Shown in pieces: positions 1-13,997 of a DNA stretch of 64,000 nt. The number at the start of each line of letters is the position of its first letter. Position 1 is the stretch's first letter. This DNA comes from Sphagnum compactum (Eukaryota). Under the pieces are notes generated by a model that was not told the DNA's origin, searched no databases, and saw nothing but the letters and a program-made list of their open reading frames with translations. Position numbers and translations under genes: made by a program. The stretch spans positions 2,666,001 through 2,730,000 of the forward strand of contig OZ234494.1 of NCBI GenBank assembly GCA_965153455.1. The letters are read 5' to 3'.

Positions 1-352
1 AAATATTTTGTAACCACTTCGTATAATCCTCACCTAAAGGTCCTAGGCAATCTTCGTGCAACTTTCTCTATTGTGTTCAAGGACCAGTAATCTTGATTGT
101 TTCATGTTCCAATTTTGTAATCATATATCTTCTTGAAATCTCCTGCAATTGTGCCCCATTTGTCTTTACATGCCACATTATTCCTCATTTAAGTGGAGAA
201 CCTTGCATTCATAACCTTTTGCTAAAATTTTGTTCCATTTTGTAACAATAGTCTCAAAATTGTCTTGCACATCGATTGTGTCAAGGCTTACCACATGCTT
301 TTCCTTTTTGGTTTTAACAAGTGCAAAAATTTCATCATGCTCCAATTTTGTT
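1..352 (-). pseudogene. Degenerate trihelix/Myb-SANT-like DNA-binding domain ORF (trihelix TF or PIF/Harbinger-type Myb ORF relic); runs off the left edge
   Basis: Manual minus-strand translation gives ...EIFALVKTKK...TKWNKI / MNARFST*MRNNVACKDKWGTIAGDFKKIYDYKIGT*NNQDYWSLNTIEKVARRLPRTFR*GLYEVV. This matches the trihelix pattern CKDKW..L..D(Y/F)KKI.D....YW......R...LP..F...Y. It has three stops and a frameshift. Confidence 0.7.
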
Positions 353-937
353 GGCATGATTTGCAGCCTTGAACCTACTACACATTGGAATTAACTATCT
401 AGTTAGATATCTTCTTGTTTTTCCTTTTCTTTTTTGATGGAGCAGGTATTTCATCATTGAGGGAATTGCATTGAAAATTTCTTTTGCAACTACACACAAA
501 AAGGTATGAAATATGTTTCTATTTTACATATATGTGAAATAGACATGTTGATGGTTTGTGATACCATTATTGTCCCTCCATCCCCATGCCTATAGGTTCT
601 TTGGTGGTTTTGCTTACCACCTGTAACCTTCAAAAAGTCCCTCCTCTACTATGTACCTTTTGTAACCAATTGTCTTCCCTATGAGCTTTTGCTTGCTACC
701 TATAGGAGTGCCTTCTAGCCTACAGGAGGTAACTTGGTAATTTGCTCCTCCTTCGATTCCCACCACCCAAGGACTGACTATTACCCTCCTATGGTAGCCA
801 GTAGTTTAGTGTTCAAAAAACTACCCATTGTCAACCCATTACTCTCTGTCTTAAAGAATGCAGAAAGATCAACACCAAGAAGCATCTTACTTACATAACA
901 TACCTTACTCTACCTTCCACATTTAGTACAATAATAA

Positions 938-1335
938 TGTAACACAAGACATTCGATTCCTTCAACCATCTTTCATTAAATCACATACCAAGTACGTACA
1001 TCCATTTTTCCCATCACTTTCCAAAGAAAGTTTTACATATCCCACACAAGTTTCTAATATCATTCCCTCATTCTCTCTCACTTCCTCTATCCCCCTTCCC
1101 ACATATCACACACAAGGCCCACATTGACCCTTAGAAAATAGAGCCCTTATCCTAATCCCTTCCTAAAATACTCTTAGATGATTGGGTGGATTACCTCCAA
1201 CCGCTCACTAACCCGAGCTACCTAATCCCATTAACTTCACCCCTTAGGTAAGGGACGGGAAGTCTACCACTAGTAACTAATAGTCACTAGGAGGCCTATG
1301 GAATTAATTAGTCTAGAGATTTCTACCCGTTAACA
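938..1335. mobile_element. Possible solo LTR (~400 bp)
   Basis: Begins TGTAAC (938) and ends GTTAACA (1335). Flanks AATAA / AAAAA match 4 of 5 as a TSD. Composition is more C-rich than the flanks. No second copy in the window. Confidence 0.3.
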
Positions 1336-3869
1336 AAAAACCATATCCACTAGATTTTCAACAAAATATTCATCTTCTAAAATATCAACAATTAATCTTG
1401 TTGTATCAAAAATGCGGAAAACTTTCCACTCAATAAATGCATTTTTCACCCATAGTTTGGCATGGTTGCTAACTTTCTAGTCCCACCTTTATTTACATTA
1501 ACTTCCTTTTCATCAAGATCTAGAAATCAAGTCTTTAGAACATGATCCCTATTAGGAGAATCAAACTTTATCCCCTCTCCAACTTTAGATCTAGAAACCA
1601 TGGCATCACCAATATTGGAAAGAGGAGTCATTTGACAATCAAATGTACAAGATGTAATATCATAAGTAAGACACATAATAGAATTAGATGCACAAAAAAC
1701 AACACCAAATATAAAAGGATGAACAAAAGCATCATCTACATAATATGAATTTGAAAGGATGCCATATTATCCAAGCCTAAAGAAATGTAGGGATCAAAAA
1801 ACTAACCAAACACATTAAGACTACATACATGAGCATCCAATTCAAGGAATTTAGAAATGTTTTCGGAAACAAAAGAAAAATCAACAAACAATTGACCACT
1901 ACCAACATAATCAACAAAAATATCACAACCATCAATTAAACACATTAAATTATTGACATCAAATGTAGAATCAAAACAAAACCCAATAGGATCATATGTA
2001 GAACCAAAACAAAATCCAATAGGAGGACCATTAAACATTGCACAAAAACAAGATAAAACAAAAGAAAACAAAAGGAAGAATGAATGAATAATTTACAAAA
2101 ACTTGTTTGTGGTTACAACCACATAAACATTTGTACAATGCACATAAACACTACCCATGAACTCCAAATTTTTCCCCCCAAAAAAAAACCAACACATAAA
2201 AAATGAAAATAAAAACATGAAATAAAACATAAAAGTCTACATACTTGCAAAACACATGAAATCCATGTAAAATTTGCATAGATGTTTGTGTGGTTGCAAT
2301 CACAGAACCAAAAACATGTAAACAACACAAAATACACAAACATTAAAACCACCTAAAAGATTACACAAAAACAAAAAAATCCATGGCATAGAATAGTCAC
2401 GATGCAAGAGTAGCTATAACGCAGAAAAAAGAAAAAAAGCCATGGAATTGCCATAAACATAAACACAACCACAACACTAGAGTCGCAAAGATGTTGTGGA
2501 CCCATAGCACTTGAAGAGATGTTGTGCGATGAAACACCACACCCAATAAAACAACACAAAATTCGTGCTAATGACGGCAATCCACGAGCAAGAACCACCA
2601 TTAGTGTCTCAATGCACAAAGAAACAATGTAAAAAGAACAAGTTTGAAACACTTCAAAGCTCACAACAAAGCAACGACAACAAAACTTCTCCAAACTGCC
2701 ATGAGGAAGTAACAACAAAAACAATGCCACACAACAACAATGCACAATGATGCAACGAGAGACAAATGTGACACAAAGACACAACCAAAATAGATGAAAT
2801 GAACATCACAAAATGACTCGGCAAACATTTTATGTGCATCATAAAATCTACTTCTAGCAAAAAGAAACAGATGTTGTGCGATGCCCTTTTGGTGAAAGTG
2901 GAAGGACTGCATCTTTGCATCGTGCTTTCTGCTTTCAAAGGAGCAACCTAGGCCGTAGGATCATAAAATTGTGCATGCATCCGATAGCAGAACAATGACA
3001 ATGCTTGCCATGGAATAATAATCTGGGCAGTGAGATGGACTCAACGGAACTAGATTGAATGGTTACAATGATAAACCATTAGATCTTCAGATCTGAAAGC
3101 AGACAGTGCTTTACTTAGGTGAAGAAGGTCCTACTACCGGGGCCTTCTCCTATACATAAAGCACTCAGAACAGCTTCCTAATGTATATTGAGGGCACCAT
3201 ATATTCAGGAATAGCCGTCCTAAAACATGGAAGAGTTCTTATGTCTGAAGAGTGGGAGGGAGCTTGTGCTGATGGATCTTAGGTGTGTAGGTATAAGATC
3301 CCTTCAACTCTTAAGGGGTAGGCGTAAGAACTCCCTCCAGTACTTACAACTTCTGTATTGAATCTAGCAGGCACAAAGAAACATGCAAAAGCAAAAAACA
3401 GTTTAGAAAATGTTTTGGGACGTGGCCAATCAGATCCAGAGATGAAGCTTAGTGCCTAGAAAGATAGAACATTGCACAGATTCACGCAGACGGTCCGGTC
3501 TGCGCAGGCAATGCACAGTCTCGCCCAACAGTGCACTAGACGGAGCTCGATGGGGGCCCGGGGAGAGAGGGGGGGGTGGACAGGGGGTAAGCACCTACGT
3601 AGATGAGGCAATGACATCACATGAGTGTGTACCTAAACTACCACCACCACCACCAACCCGCTTTGCAGAATCTTGTAGGAAAGCTAGGTGGGTTCAAAAG
3701 CTTGAGCTAAATGTAGGCATGAAACTTCCAACGAAGCTCATCTTGGCACGTAATTCTTTCATCATTTAGAGCTAGCAAGCTAAAATGCAGGCATGAAACT
3801 TCAACCGAAGCTTGCTCGCTTGCTCGCTCATTCTCTCTTTCTTTCTTTCTTTCTTCCTTCTAGAGAGTG

Positions 3870-3909
3870 AAACCCTAAACCCTTGGAACCCTAAACCCTA
3901 AACCCTAAA
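3870..3909 (+). repeat. Short interstitial plant telomere-type repeat (AAACCCT)n, about 5 units
   Basis: aaaccctaaaccct-tgg-aaccctaaaccctaaaccctaaaa read directly. Confidence 0.8.
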
Positions 3910-6900
3910 AGATGTAATATTATTATATTTATTAAATTTTGCTGAATTTTTTTTAAAAAAATTTGAAGAATTGTTTTACATACATAGTTTGGGTTTGCAG
4001 TCAAATCAATGTTTTGTTGCTGGGGGAGTTTTGGAACCAATTTATGCATTCTTCCTACTTACCACCTATGAATCCCCATAGAACCAATGAACTCTAGTAG
4101 TTAGTTACCCCACAAATTTTTTAAAAAAAGAGTGAATAAGTCGAGATGGTTGTAATAAATGTACTCTCATAATCCATATCTACAATTTTAGATTTAAATA
4201 CATTAACTTAAACCAAATTTTTTTTTTGGTTTGGTTCAAGTAAGTAGTAAGAGTTTTGACAAGAGTTTTGTATAACTGAAAAGTTATTATGGCATGAAAA
4301 ATAGGAGGAGAATGGGAAATGTAAGATTCTAACTCATAATTTTGCTATGTAAAATATTTTTATCATAGCCAAATATGAATTAAACCCAAAACCAACATTG
4401 AAGACTTCTAAATAATTTATCCACTTGCAATATAGCTTCAACCCCACACTAGTTAGAAGTATAAGTCTTAAATTTATACATCCATCTACTAACTAAAAAC
4501 AAAATAATGATGAAATTTTATTTTATACACAACCTCTTATAAATACTTTGAAGGGTTACAACATATTGTATAAATTAGATTGAATTGGAGAAATTTGTTT
4601 TTTCTAGTGTAAATTCGACTAATTTAGCTTTTTTTTTTGGGGAGAAAAAATGATACCACTATATGAATATATATAAACCCCCTGCTTGGGATTTATGCAA
4701 TTCATGTAATGTTAAAAAGATTGGAATTTTACAACTTGTGTAAAAAAAATGGATTTCTATTGATATGACCAAAACATAATTTGGTGTAATAATTTGTGGC
4801 ACATATGAATTAATTAAGTCTTGGTGCAAAAGAACTTAATTGAATTCTTTCAAAGTATCAAATATCATGCGGTTTACAAAAAGAGCACACAAAATTTCCT
4901 TTAGTGGTGGTATGTCAATCATATGCAATGTTTTTTTTTTAATGCGACAAATTTTGTCATTTCTTTGACCCAAAAAAAAATGGGAAAAAATGTTCTTCTA
5001 GTAAAAATTTGACTAATTTTTTAATTTCTGGAAGAAAATTGGCCAATTTTTCACATCAAAAATTTGAAAATTTTGAAACATGAAAAACCCAAATCATATG
5101 ATGTGTGAACTATTTTTCATTCAAAATAATATTGTTGTTTGTTTGTTGAGGATAATTATGGAGTTGGCATATTTGTTTTCTTTTATGAAACTGAAACGTG
5201 AATTTTTTTGCCAAGTCGTGAAATGTTTTGTTTTTTATTTGTGAAATGTTTTGTTTTTTATTTGCATGCTTCAACAACTCCCTCTTTATTAATAGGTGGG
5301 ACATGGGACTTATATGAATTGGTATTTCAAGCCAACTTGTGGGGAAAATAAGAGTTACTAAGATTGTGGTTTTTTATTAAAGTTTAGTATTTATAATTGA
5401 CTATGATGTTTAAATCAACTATAGACCAAAGAAAATATTGCTTGGACATTAATATGATAAATTACATGGTGACTTTTAGATGAAGAAATTTCACTATTGG
5501 ATGGGCATTCATTGTGGAGAAAATAAAGGAATCTCCATGTGAAGTCATGTCGTGTTTGTAAATTTTAACCACCAAACATTAAATATTGGTAAAATTGTCT
5601 ATTTCCAATTAAAACCCTTCCAATGGAAATAGCATCCAAGTTTCATGAATGGCCAAATTTTTAAATGTTGTGACTTGTAACCATAGTATTTTATGTTAAT
5701 TTTGAATAAATTGTGGCATTACTATCTAGTTTAGGCACCAAACTCAAGAGTTGTAATTGAAGTTGAAAAGAAATTTCAACCCAATAAATGTTGTGGGACA
5801 CCACTAATTTCAACCATAAAAAACTATGATGGTTGAAATTTTGGGAAAATAATTGGTGATAAGTACAAGTTGTGGGGATCAAATGTTTTGATTAACTTTA
5901 TGACCTATATGTTGATTATAACATGTATAATTTTGATATGATTTTCAAATTCTAATATGACATTTACTTTATCAATTGAGTGAAAACTACATTTGGATGT
6001 ACTTATGTAAAAGCTAAAACATTTTATCAAATAATTTAAATATATGGGACGTTGTTGATTAACATACCATATTAAAACATTTAAAAGGATTTTCCAAAAC
6101 GATGTATTCATAGTCATCATCAGATAATATGATTTGATATTGTTACCACTTCAAACACTATTATCATTATTTAATTTGAGCATTCCACTTATTCAATAGA
6201 AACAGTATTTAACAAGGTTCAACTACAATCTAATCAATGTCTAGTTATGTTGGTTAATGTTGATTACATTAAATAACAAGGTCCTAGATCCAATTTTCAC
6301 AATAGGAACCTGTGTTTAGGGAAAAGTTTTGGTTTAATCCAAGGTTGTATAGTGTCAATTCAAAAATTATAGAATTAAATGTAATTCATATTTTCTTAAA
6401 AATATCCAAATATTATAATTTATACCTATGTTATGATTTTTTCACAAAATTATATATATATATATAGGAAACAACTTTTTATTCTTTTTTTGAATTTAAT
6501 ACAAATATTTTCTTAGCATCGTATACCCAATTGGCCCCCCAACTTTTGTGCCCTTTGTTTGCATTGTTATTTTTGCTTAATTTTTTTAACCTAATTAGTT
6601 TTGATATTTGAAATTGTCTCAAGAATTGCATTAAATTAAATGGAATGATTTTGAATTTGTTTAAATGTTGTTCGTGAATTTCTTTAATCTATTTTGCATA
6701 AATCTCAAAACCTAAGCTTTGATATTTGAAATGGCCACAAAAATTGAATAAAATAATAATTTTTTAAATTGCTACAATTGTTTCATATTCATGTAGGTGA
6801 ATAGGGGAAATGAATGTAGTTATGAAAAAGAAATAAGATAATCAAAAATGAAAATTTCAAAAGGTATATGATAAAGAGGTATTGTAAAAAAGGTAAATTT

Positions 6901-7000
6901 GTAAAAGTAAAGTTAATGAAGGGAAGGAGTGAGGAAGTTAGGGCTAATAATTCATTTTATTTTGAATAACATAATGACATCATTACATAATTATATAGAT

Positions 7001-7787
7001 GGACATATTCACAATTAGGGTACCCCTTTTTGGACATAAGGACTCAAAGATTTTGTTTTCGCTATTTTTCAAATATAAAATCTAAATGAAATAAATTTAA
7101 GTGAAAGATATTAACTATCGAAAATACATTGATGGTCATTAATGATAATTCAAATTATGATCATTTTCACGGTGGTGGTGATTTTTCACATATGTATGTA
7201 ATTTGCATAAATATTTTGGTAAAAAACCCATAAATGTAGAAAATGAATACATAATCTTTTATATATAAGTTAACATGTTTTCTTGCATGTTTTGTCGACA
7301 CTTGGGGGTATAAATCCTAAGCCTAGGGAATATAAAAAATCAACCAAAAATGGAAAAAGAAAAATCTTTTTTTTTGTTGCCCTTTCAGAATGGATTTTAT
7401 GGCCTTTGAAATTTCTTATATCGTATCTTATTTAATCAAATGCATTATATGAACATTGCCAAACATAGATATATGCATTACTTATCCATAAATTTTTTTT
7501 GAAATGAATTGCATTGTTTAGTACATTCTTTTTTATTCCTTTAAAATTAAAATTACAATTAAAACAATGACTCAAATTATTTGAAAGGACTCAAAAGGAC
7601 ATCTATATTATATCCAATTTATTTTTAGATTTTTTTAATAGATTAACATGACATCATTCTAATTATAGTCATATACCAATTCATTGTAATCATGAAATAG
7701 TAAATGTAATAAAAATCTTTTAATGGTTTTTTGTAGTCCTTTTTTTGTTAGACCGTCCTTTTGGGTATACTGATTATGAATATGCCC
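7001..7787. mobile_element. MITE-like element with degenerate ~25-bp terminal inverted repeats
   Basis: Left end GGACATATTCACAATTAGGGTACCC versus reverse complement of right end GGGCATATTCATAATCAGTATACCC. AT-rich non-coding interior. No clear TSD. Confidence 0.5.
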
Positions 7788-10700
7788 ATATGGTTTGAAG
7801 CATGGATTCTAAACTAGAACCCCATGGCTGAACTAAAAGCTTTGGATTTATGGAATGTACTTTAAATAAATACTTAGATTTTCATTTAAACCTCACTTTG
7901 AAATGTGAGAAAAAGGTAGAAATAATGGTAAAAGATATGAAGATTTATTAATTTGATAATATCTCCTCCCCACTCTCCCCCTTTTATATTTCCTTCATAT
8001 GTTTGCATATGTGTTCCAATAGTTCATGATTATTTATGTCAATCACAAATTTGATTTTACAATATAACATGGACACGAAAAGGCACATGTTTCATGTCCA
8101 TGTTATTAAGAAAGGAAAGTTATTTTTTGAAAAGGTATTGAATTAATAATTATTTTGAATATAAAAATACTTACACCATTACATGGATAGCTCGACCCTT
8201 GAAACCATAGAATCTAAAAATATCCAAAACATCAATCCAAAAAACATTTTAGTTTGCAAAAGAGTGAAGATTCCCAAGTTCCGATTGCAATTATCCAATT
8301 TTGATACTTGTAAACTTGAAAAAATATCTCCATTACTTGATAATGTTATGAAACAAAACACATTTAGTGTCAATCACAATTTCAAATATTTCAATGTGGA
8401 TAATTGACAACATGTGTTTATATAATTATTTGATTCAATTTTTAGATCATACTAACTATTAAAATGTGTAATAATGTTTACATAACAAAAAATAAATGTA
8501 TCATTATTTGAGGATATTTTAATAAAAAAACACTTTCCTATGTAGAAGGCATTATAAATAAGAAAATAAAACCCAAAAATAACCTTGTAACACAAAAAAA
8601 GATTCACATACATGTTATAAAACCTATCTATGTGGGTGGCTTCAATTGAGTCCTTATGATGTTAATGTGTCAATACAATGTTTTCAATTTGTAAAGGTTA
8701 TGTTAAAAAGGAATTTAGGAATTATAACTATTGATGACTTCGAATTTTAAACTCACACTTTAGATGTCAAATTTGAAAAGTCTTTATTTGTCTTGCCTTA
8801 AGTACTCCATGAGATGTGTTGCAAGTTGCAATCATCAAATGTGTCAATGTCAAAATCTTTGGGGAGAGTTGGACAGTCATGTTGGTGTTGTTGCGATTGT
8901 CATAAAGCGACATTTTCCTTCTTATATTGGAGGCCAAACTTCCATGAAAAATGATAGTCCATTTTCCATTATTCACAACTTGTCCATGGTGAACATACAT
9001 AGAAAGAACATTAAATGTGATCTAACAATGAGTCATGTTGGATCTCACTTGAACTTCAAAAGTAAGATCTTCAAATTAAAGTAGCCTTGATATCAATGAG
9101 CTTTTGACATAATAACCCCACAAAAATTTTTTAAGTCTATTTGCATCTAAACAATGATACCCTTGGGAATATATTTTCAATAATGTCAATTCTAGCTACT
9201 ATTTCAACAAAAGAAATTTAGTTTGAAGAAATTTTCTAGAAAGCATACAACAAATATAAAATTTGGAGGGGACATAATTATTTCTTGCTCCATGACTAAA
9301 TAATGAAAATTAAAAAAAAATTTAATAAAAAAGAAGATAATCACATTTCATCCAATATATGTAGAAGTTGGGATTTTCATGTGGGGGAGCAAGTGTACAA
9401 TGTTTTTTATTCTTGGTAATTTTTCACCTCTTGGTAAATTGTTTTTCCATAAATGTGAAAATCAATGTTTTGTGAGGTTTCTAATTGCCAATTTTTGATA
9501 AACAATTGTATGTTCCTAGGATAATTTCCATATTCCACACCAAGTTCTAACCAATTGAAGATGTTTAAATCTAGTTTTAATATTTACATTCATATTTTGT
9601 TTACAACCAAATTTGGCTAAATTGTATTATGGATCATTGCCACTCATGTTACATCACAAAATAGATTTTTAAAACATTGATATATATATATATAGGACAA
9701 AAAAGGCCAATTCTTTACACAAGATGTGAAGGGTAACATGTTCAAAGCTAGGGAGCCTTAACATTTACAATGGCACCAACAATTAAAAAAATATTAGTGG
9801 ATAACACATCATTTGCTCCCTTTCCCTGTATGTTTTCCTATAGTAAGATCCCAAATGCAATGCATTCATATCTTGTAATTACGTAGCCATTTTTCATAAT
9901 TATTTTTATTTTCCAATTATAAGTAGTTTAGTGGGAGCTAATTATTGTTGAGACATTGACTAATCATAGGAAACTAAATATTAATAAAGATAATCACACA
10001 ATTTTATGTTTTGAAGTTCTCACAATATCGTTGATTTCAAAATTAACAGTGTATGTTTATATTGAATTTATAGCTTTTATAAAGAGATATCATTTTACAA
10101 TGACAAGTGAGCCTTACAATCCAATAGTAAAGAATAAAACATATTGTTTTAATAACACTTGGAATTGAAGGTTTAGTTGTTTGTAGACAAAGTATACACT
10201 TCTAAAAAACATTTACAATTGAATAATCTCATTATTCCTATGCATGCATGTTCAAACTAAACACAATGTATAGATTCAAATTCAAAAAATAACAAGATAA
10301 ACTTTCATGCATGTTATTACAAATGAACAGGAATATAAAAGATTCAAACTCATCTCCTCTTATAGGCTAGGTGGTTCTTATTAGTAACTAAACTAGTTAT
10401 CTAGCATTAATTTAAATATGGAGCACTAATTAGTAATTAAAGTAGTTACATAACGAATAAGAACTAATATACTAACTAATAACTAGTTAGTTAATATTTA
10501 TACATATTTTGATTTAACACTTACAAAAGTCAAATATGTAATTATTATCAAAACTAATCATTTAACATTTATAAAGGTTCTATATTAACATTTATAAAAA
10601 ATTTAAAAACATTTACAAAGGTCAAAATTGTACTTAATGCAAGGTTAACATTAGTGTTTGTAGCATATGACATTAGATGGATTGTCATTGTTTTAAGATG

Positions 10701-13266
10701 CAAACTTGTAAACAATTTATGGATACACATGTAATTAATTCTTAAAAGACATTATATATATATATATATAATTATTTTGTTTTGTTTTTATTTTTGGGTG
10801 CTTAGATGAAGTTGATGTGAACCAATGGCATGTTTTCAACTTCACCAAATGTTATAATAAATCTTTCAAGTTGCCCAAAACAAGTCAAAGATTTGTGACA
10901 ACTTGTGCAAACAAAAGTTGATGGTAAATAGATCAAGGTAACATGTTCAATATATGACCAATTCTGACAAGCTATCTAAAACAAGTCATCATTGCAAAGG
11001 GATGATATCAAACAAAGTTATAAATATAATTCTAAATTTGCTTTGATAGAGTTAAACATTTATGCCCAACTACAAAAATGCATTGTATTAGCATTCTTAA
11101 GATCATCGATCATACTCAGAAATCTTGGCAATGAACAATTTTTTTTGTTGTATATAATACAATATCCTCCAAATTTGAAAGTAAAAAAACAATGTTTCAT
11201 TAATTTATGAATTACTTGTTCTTGCAAACTTGGGCAATGATTTTAAAGTATTAACTCATCCACTAAATCAATCACTAATTATAATTAGAGCTTGCATAAA
11301 CAAATTCCAGTTTTCCATGGAAAACCTTGAACTATCCAATCATGAAAGCAAGAATATTGTTTTTTATTATTTGTGGGGATTGAACCATGTTCACATCATG
11401 TGTTGACCTAATATTCAAATCTTGTAAAACGCATCTTTCATTTAAAAAATAATAATCTTCATGTTTGCAACCCTTCACATTGTTTTCAATGCCTTACAAT
11501 GTGAAAATAGATGACAACATGCATACAATTTATAAGATGTGACTAAGAATCAAACTTGCATTTCACCACCATATTTTTATTCATAACCAAATAAACATTG
11601 ACCCTTCTAGTACAAAAAACTAGATTGCATGACCATTATATCTTATAAAAATAGAATCCCTATTAGATTTGTTGTTGTTGGTGGTTGTGTGTCTTGACAT
11701 TTTAAACATGCAAAAAACAAAAGCAACTTATGTTTGTAGCAATCAAACATGATTTTTTTTTTGGTCTTGGATTTGCTTTTGGGCATTCTTGATGTGTTAG
11801 ATTTATTGAAACTAGATGCAATTCACTTCTATGCAAAGCTCTTTAATGAAATTTGTTTGGGGTTTTATTTTTTCCAACTAATTTTTCAAACTCAATGAGA
11901 CCAACCTTGGCCAAATTCTTTTCATCAACAATACAAAACTAAAGATGCATGATGAGTACAAGACTGTGCAATCAAAAGGTAATTTCAACTACCATTGCAA
12001 CATCAATGTAGTAAACTATGTCTACTAACACATAGTAATCCATTGTTTACTTGGTGTTTGTTTGTTCCACACAAATGGAGTAATGTGACCCCAAAGTAAA
12101 GCAAAACCCAATGTGCAATCATAGAAAGAAGACACAATGTTTTGCAAGGAAAAAATGACAATTGTAGCTCCAAAAGTTGCAAGTATCATTCTACAAGTAT
12201 GTCAACACATTACTTGCTACATGTGGTTTATTCCTAAAAACTAAGCACAATATGTAAAGGTGCAACATGACAAACAACTTTCCTTCCACCATTCAAATGG
12301 TTTGACAATACTTTCTACACCTGTAATCTATAATTAAGTTGTGATTGAAGTCCAAAAAAAACCAACCAAAACTCAAAGGTGATAAAACCTACAATGGCAA
12401 GCAACAATGAGAAAGGGAAAATAGGTTTAGTGAGCTTACAAAGAGCTTTTTGTGGTTTGAAAGAGGTTGGTGCCATCTTGTGTTGCTTGCAAAGATTGCA
12501 AATAGTTCACAAAAGTGAGGCAATAATGAAAAAGGAGGAGGAGATGATGGAAGAAAAGGGGATGCATAGGTGGAAAATAACAATGTCCTAAAAAAAGGGG
12601 GGACGGAGGAACACCTACACAACCTTGGCCACCTAGGTGAGAATGACATGGTCATCCATAGAAAGCAACAAGATGGATATTTTCATCAAGTGCTAGTATT
12701 GGTGTTTGTGCTAGTTCACCACCGGTGTCTATTGAGCCTTTACTTATTGGTTTTTAAGTCACATAAGGCTAGGGTCCCCTTGGGCATAGGTAATGGGGCA
12801 CAACCACATTATACATCACTTGTAGTAGTAATAGTAGCTATAAAATGGATCTCAAGGGTTTGTGCATTTGTAGTATTCTAAACCTTTTCAAGTTTCGAAT
12901 TCAAGTGTTGAATAATTATTTTATTTTTCAAAATCCACTTCAATGGTAAAAACATAATTTGTGAAAAAATTGCAATAAATATAGATAATTTGTTAAACAA
13001 GTTTATTTGACTTTGAACCTCTAATATAATGAGATATTCTATAACATTTTTTCTTTTTTCTTTTTGCAAAAATGAAAAGACATAATGTTCCACAAAATAT
13101 AGGATAGATAATTTTCTTCAATTATTGGATACTCTTTACAATGGTGGATTAAGACATGAAGCAATAAGCTCCTAAGTTTCCACCAATTTTAATATTTTTC
13201 CCTCCTTTATAATTTAAAAATTTCAACATTCAAAAAAATGATTTCCAAAAAGTTTGACATTTCCAG

Positions 13267-13500
13267 AAATAATCTAATTACTAGTGAATCTAAAAAGGTA
13301 TTATGGTAGTAGTCATGAAAATAAAATATAAATATAAAAAATTCCAAATAATCTAATTATTATTAAATTAAAAAAATTCTTATGGCAGTAATCATAAAAA
13401 TAAAATATAATATAAAACTTCAAAATAATTTAATTACTACTAAATCTAAAAAGGTATTATGGTAGTAATCATAAAAATAAAGTAAATATTTAAAAATTCA
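13267..13500. repeat. Tandem repeat, ~78-bp unit x3
   Basis: Unit aaataatctaatta..a.t.aat.taaaaa..t.ttatgg.agta.tcat.aaaataaa.. recurs three times. Confidence 0.8.
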
Positions 13501-13997
13501 TCCACTATGTTTCTTTATAAACATCATTGCTTTCCTATTTTTTGGAAAAATGCATAGCTATTTTTCATTGTTGTTTTACTATTCCATAATCGATGTTTAG
13601 GAAGATTCAAGTGGTAACAAAACAATGTTTTAATTGATGTCCATGGTAGCTGCTATGGACATCAATTATGTCTGGTAACTAGTGAAGGCAATTGGGTTAC
13701 TAAACATAATTTTGGTGCAAATGTGCCTTGACTATGTTTGATAACATGGTTACCATTATTGGTTACCTAATACATAGTAATTTCTAAGGTTTCATTTCTT
13801 ACTTTGAAACGATTTGTCCATTCAATGTTTTTAATTTTTCCCCGTTTTCAATTTTGTGATGTAGCACAATGGCCTTAAGTGAATTAACACCTACACTTAC
13901 ATACTTGAACATGAACTTGTATTCCTGGTGAATGAATGCTTATAGCTTTATTGCGTTTAGCCTCTAAGGCCCCATTTACATTATGGTGAAGGACTGT

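Noticed and set aside
1802-2938. Several overlapping minus-strand ORFs rich in F/C/V/L
   Set aside because: Artefact of A/C-rich low-complexity sequence; no recognisable domain
9946-10519. Possible copia-like solo LTR (TGTTGA...TTAACA, TATA-like motif on the minus strand)
   Set aside because: Flanks ATTAT/CTTAC match only 3 of 5, and there is no second copy to confirm boundaries
8600-12500. Possible decayed transposase-like coding patches (~8650-9100, ~11000-12400)
   Set aside because: I could not recover any diagnostic motif by manual translation
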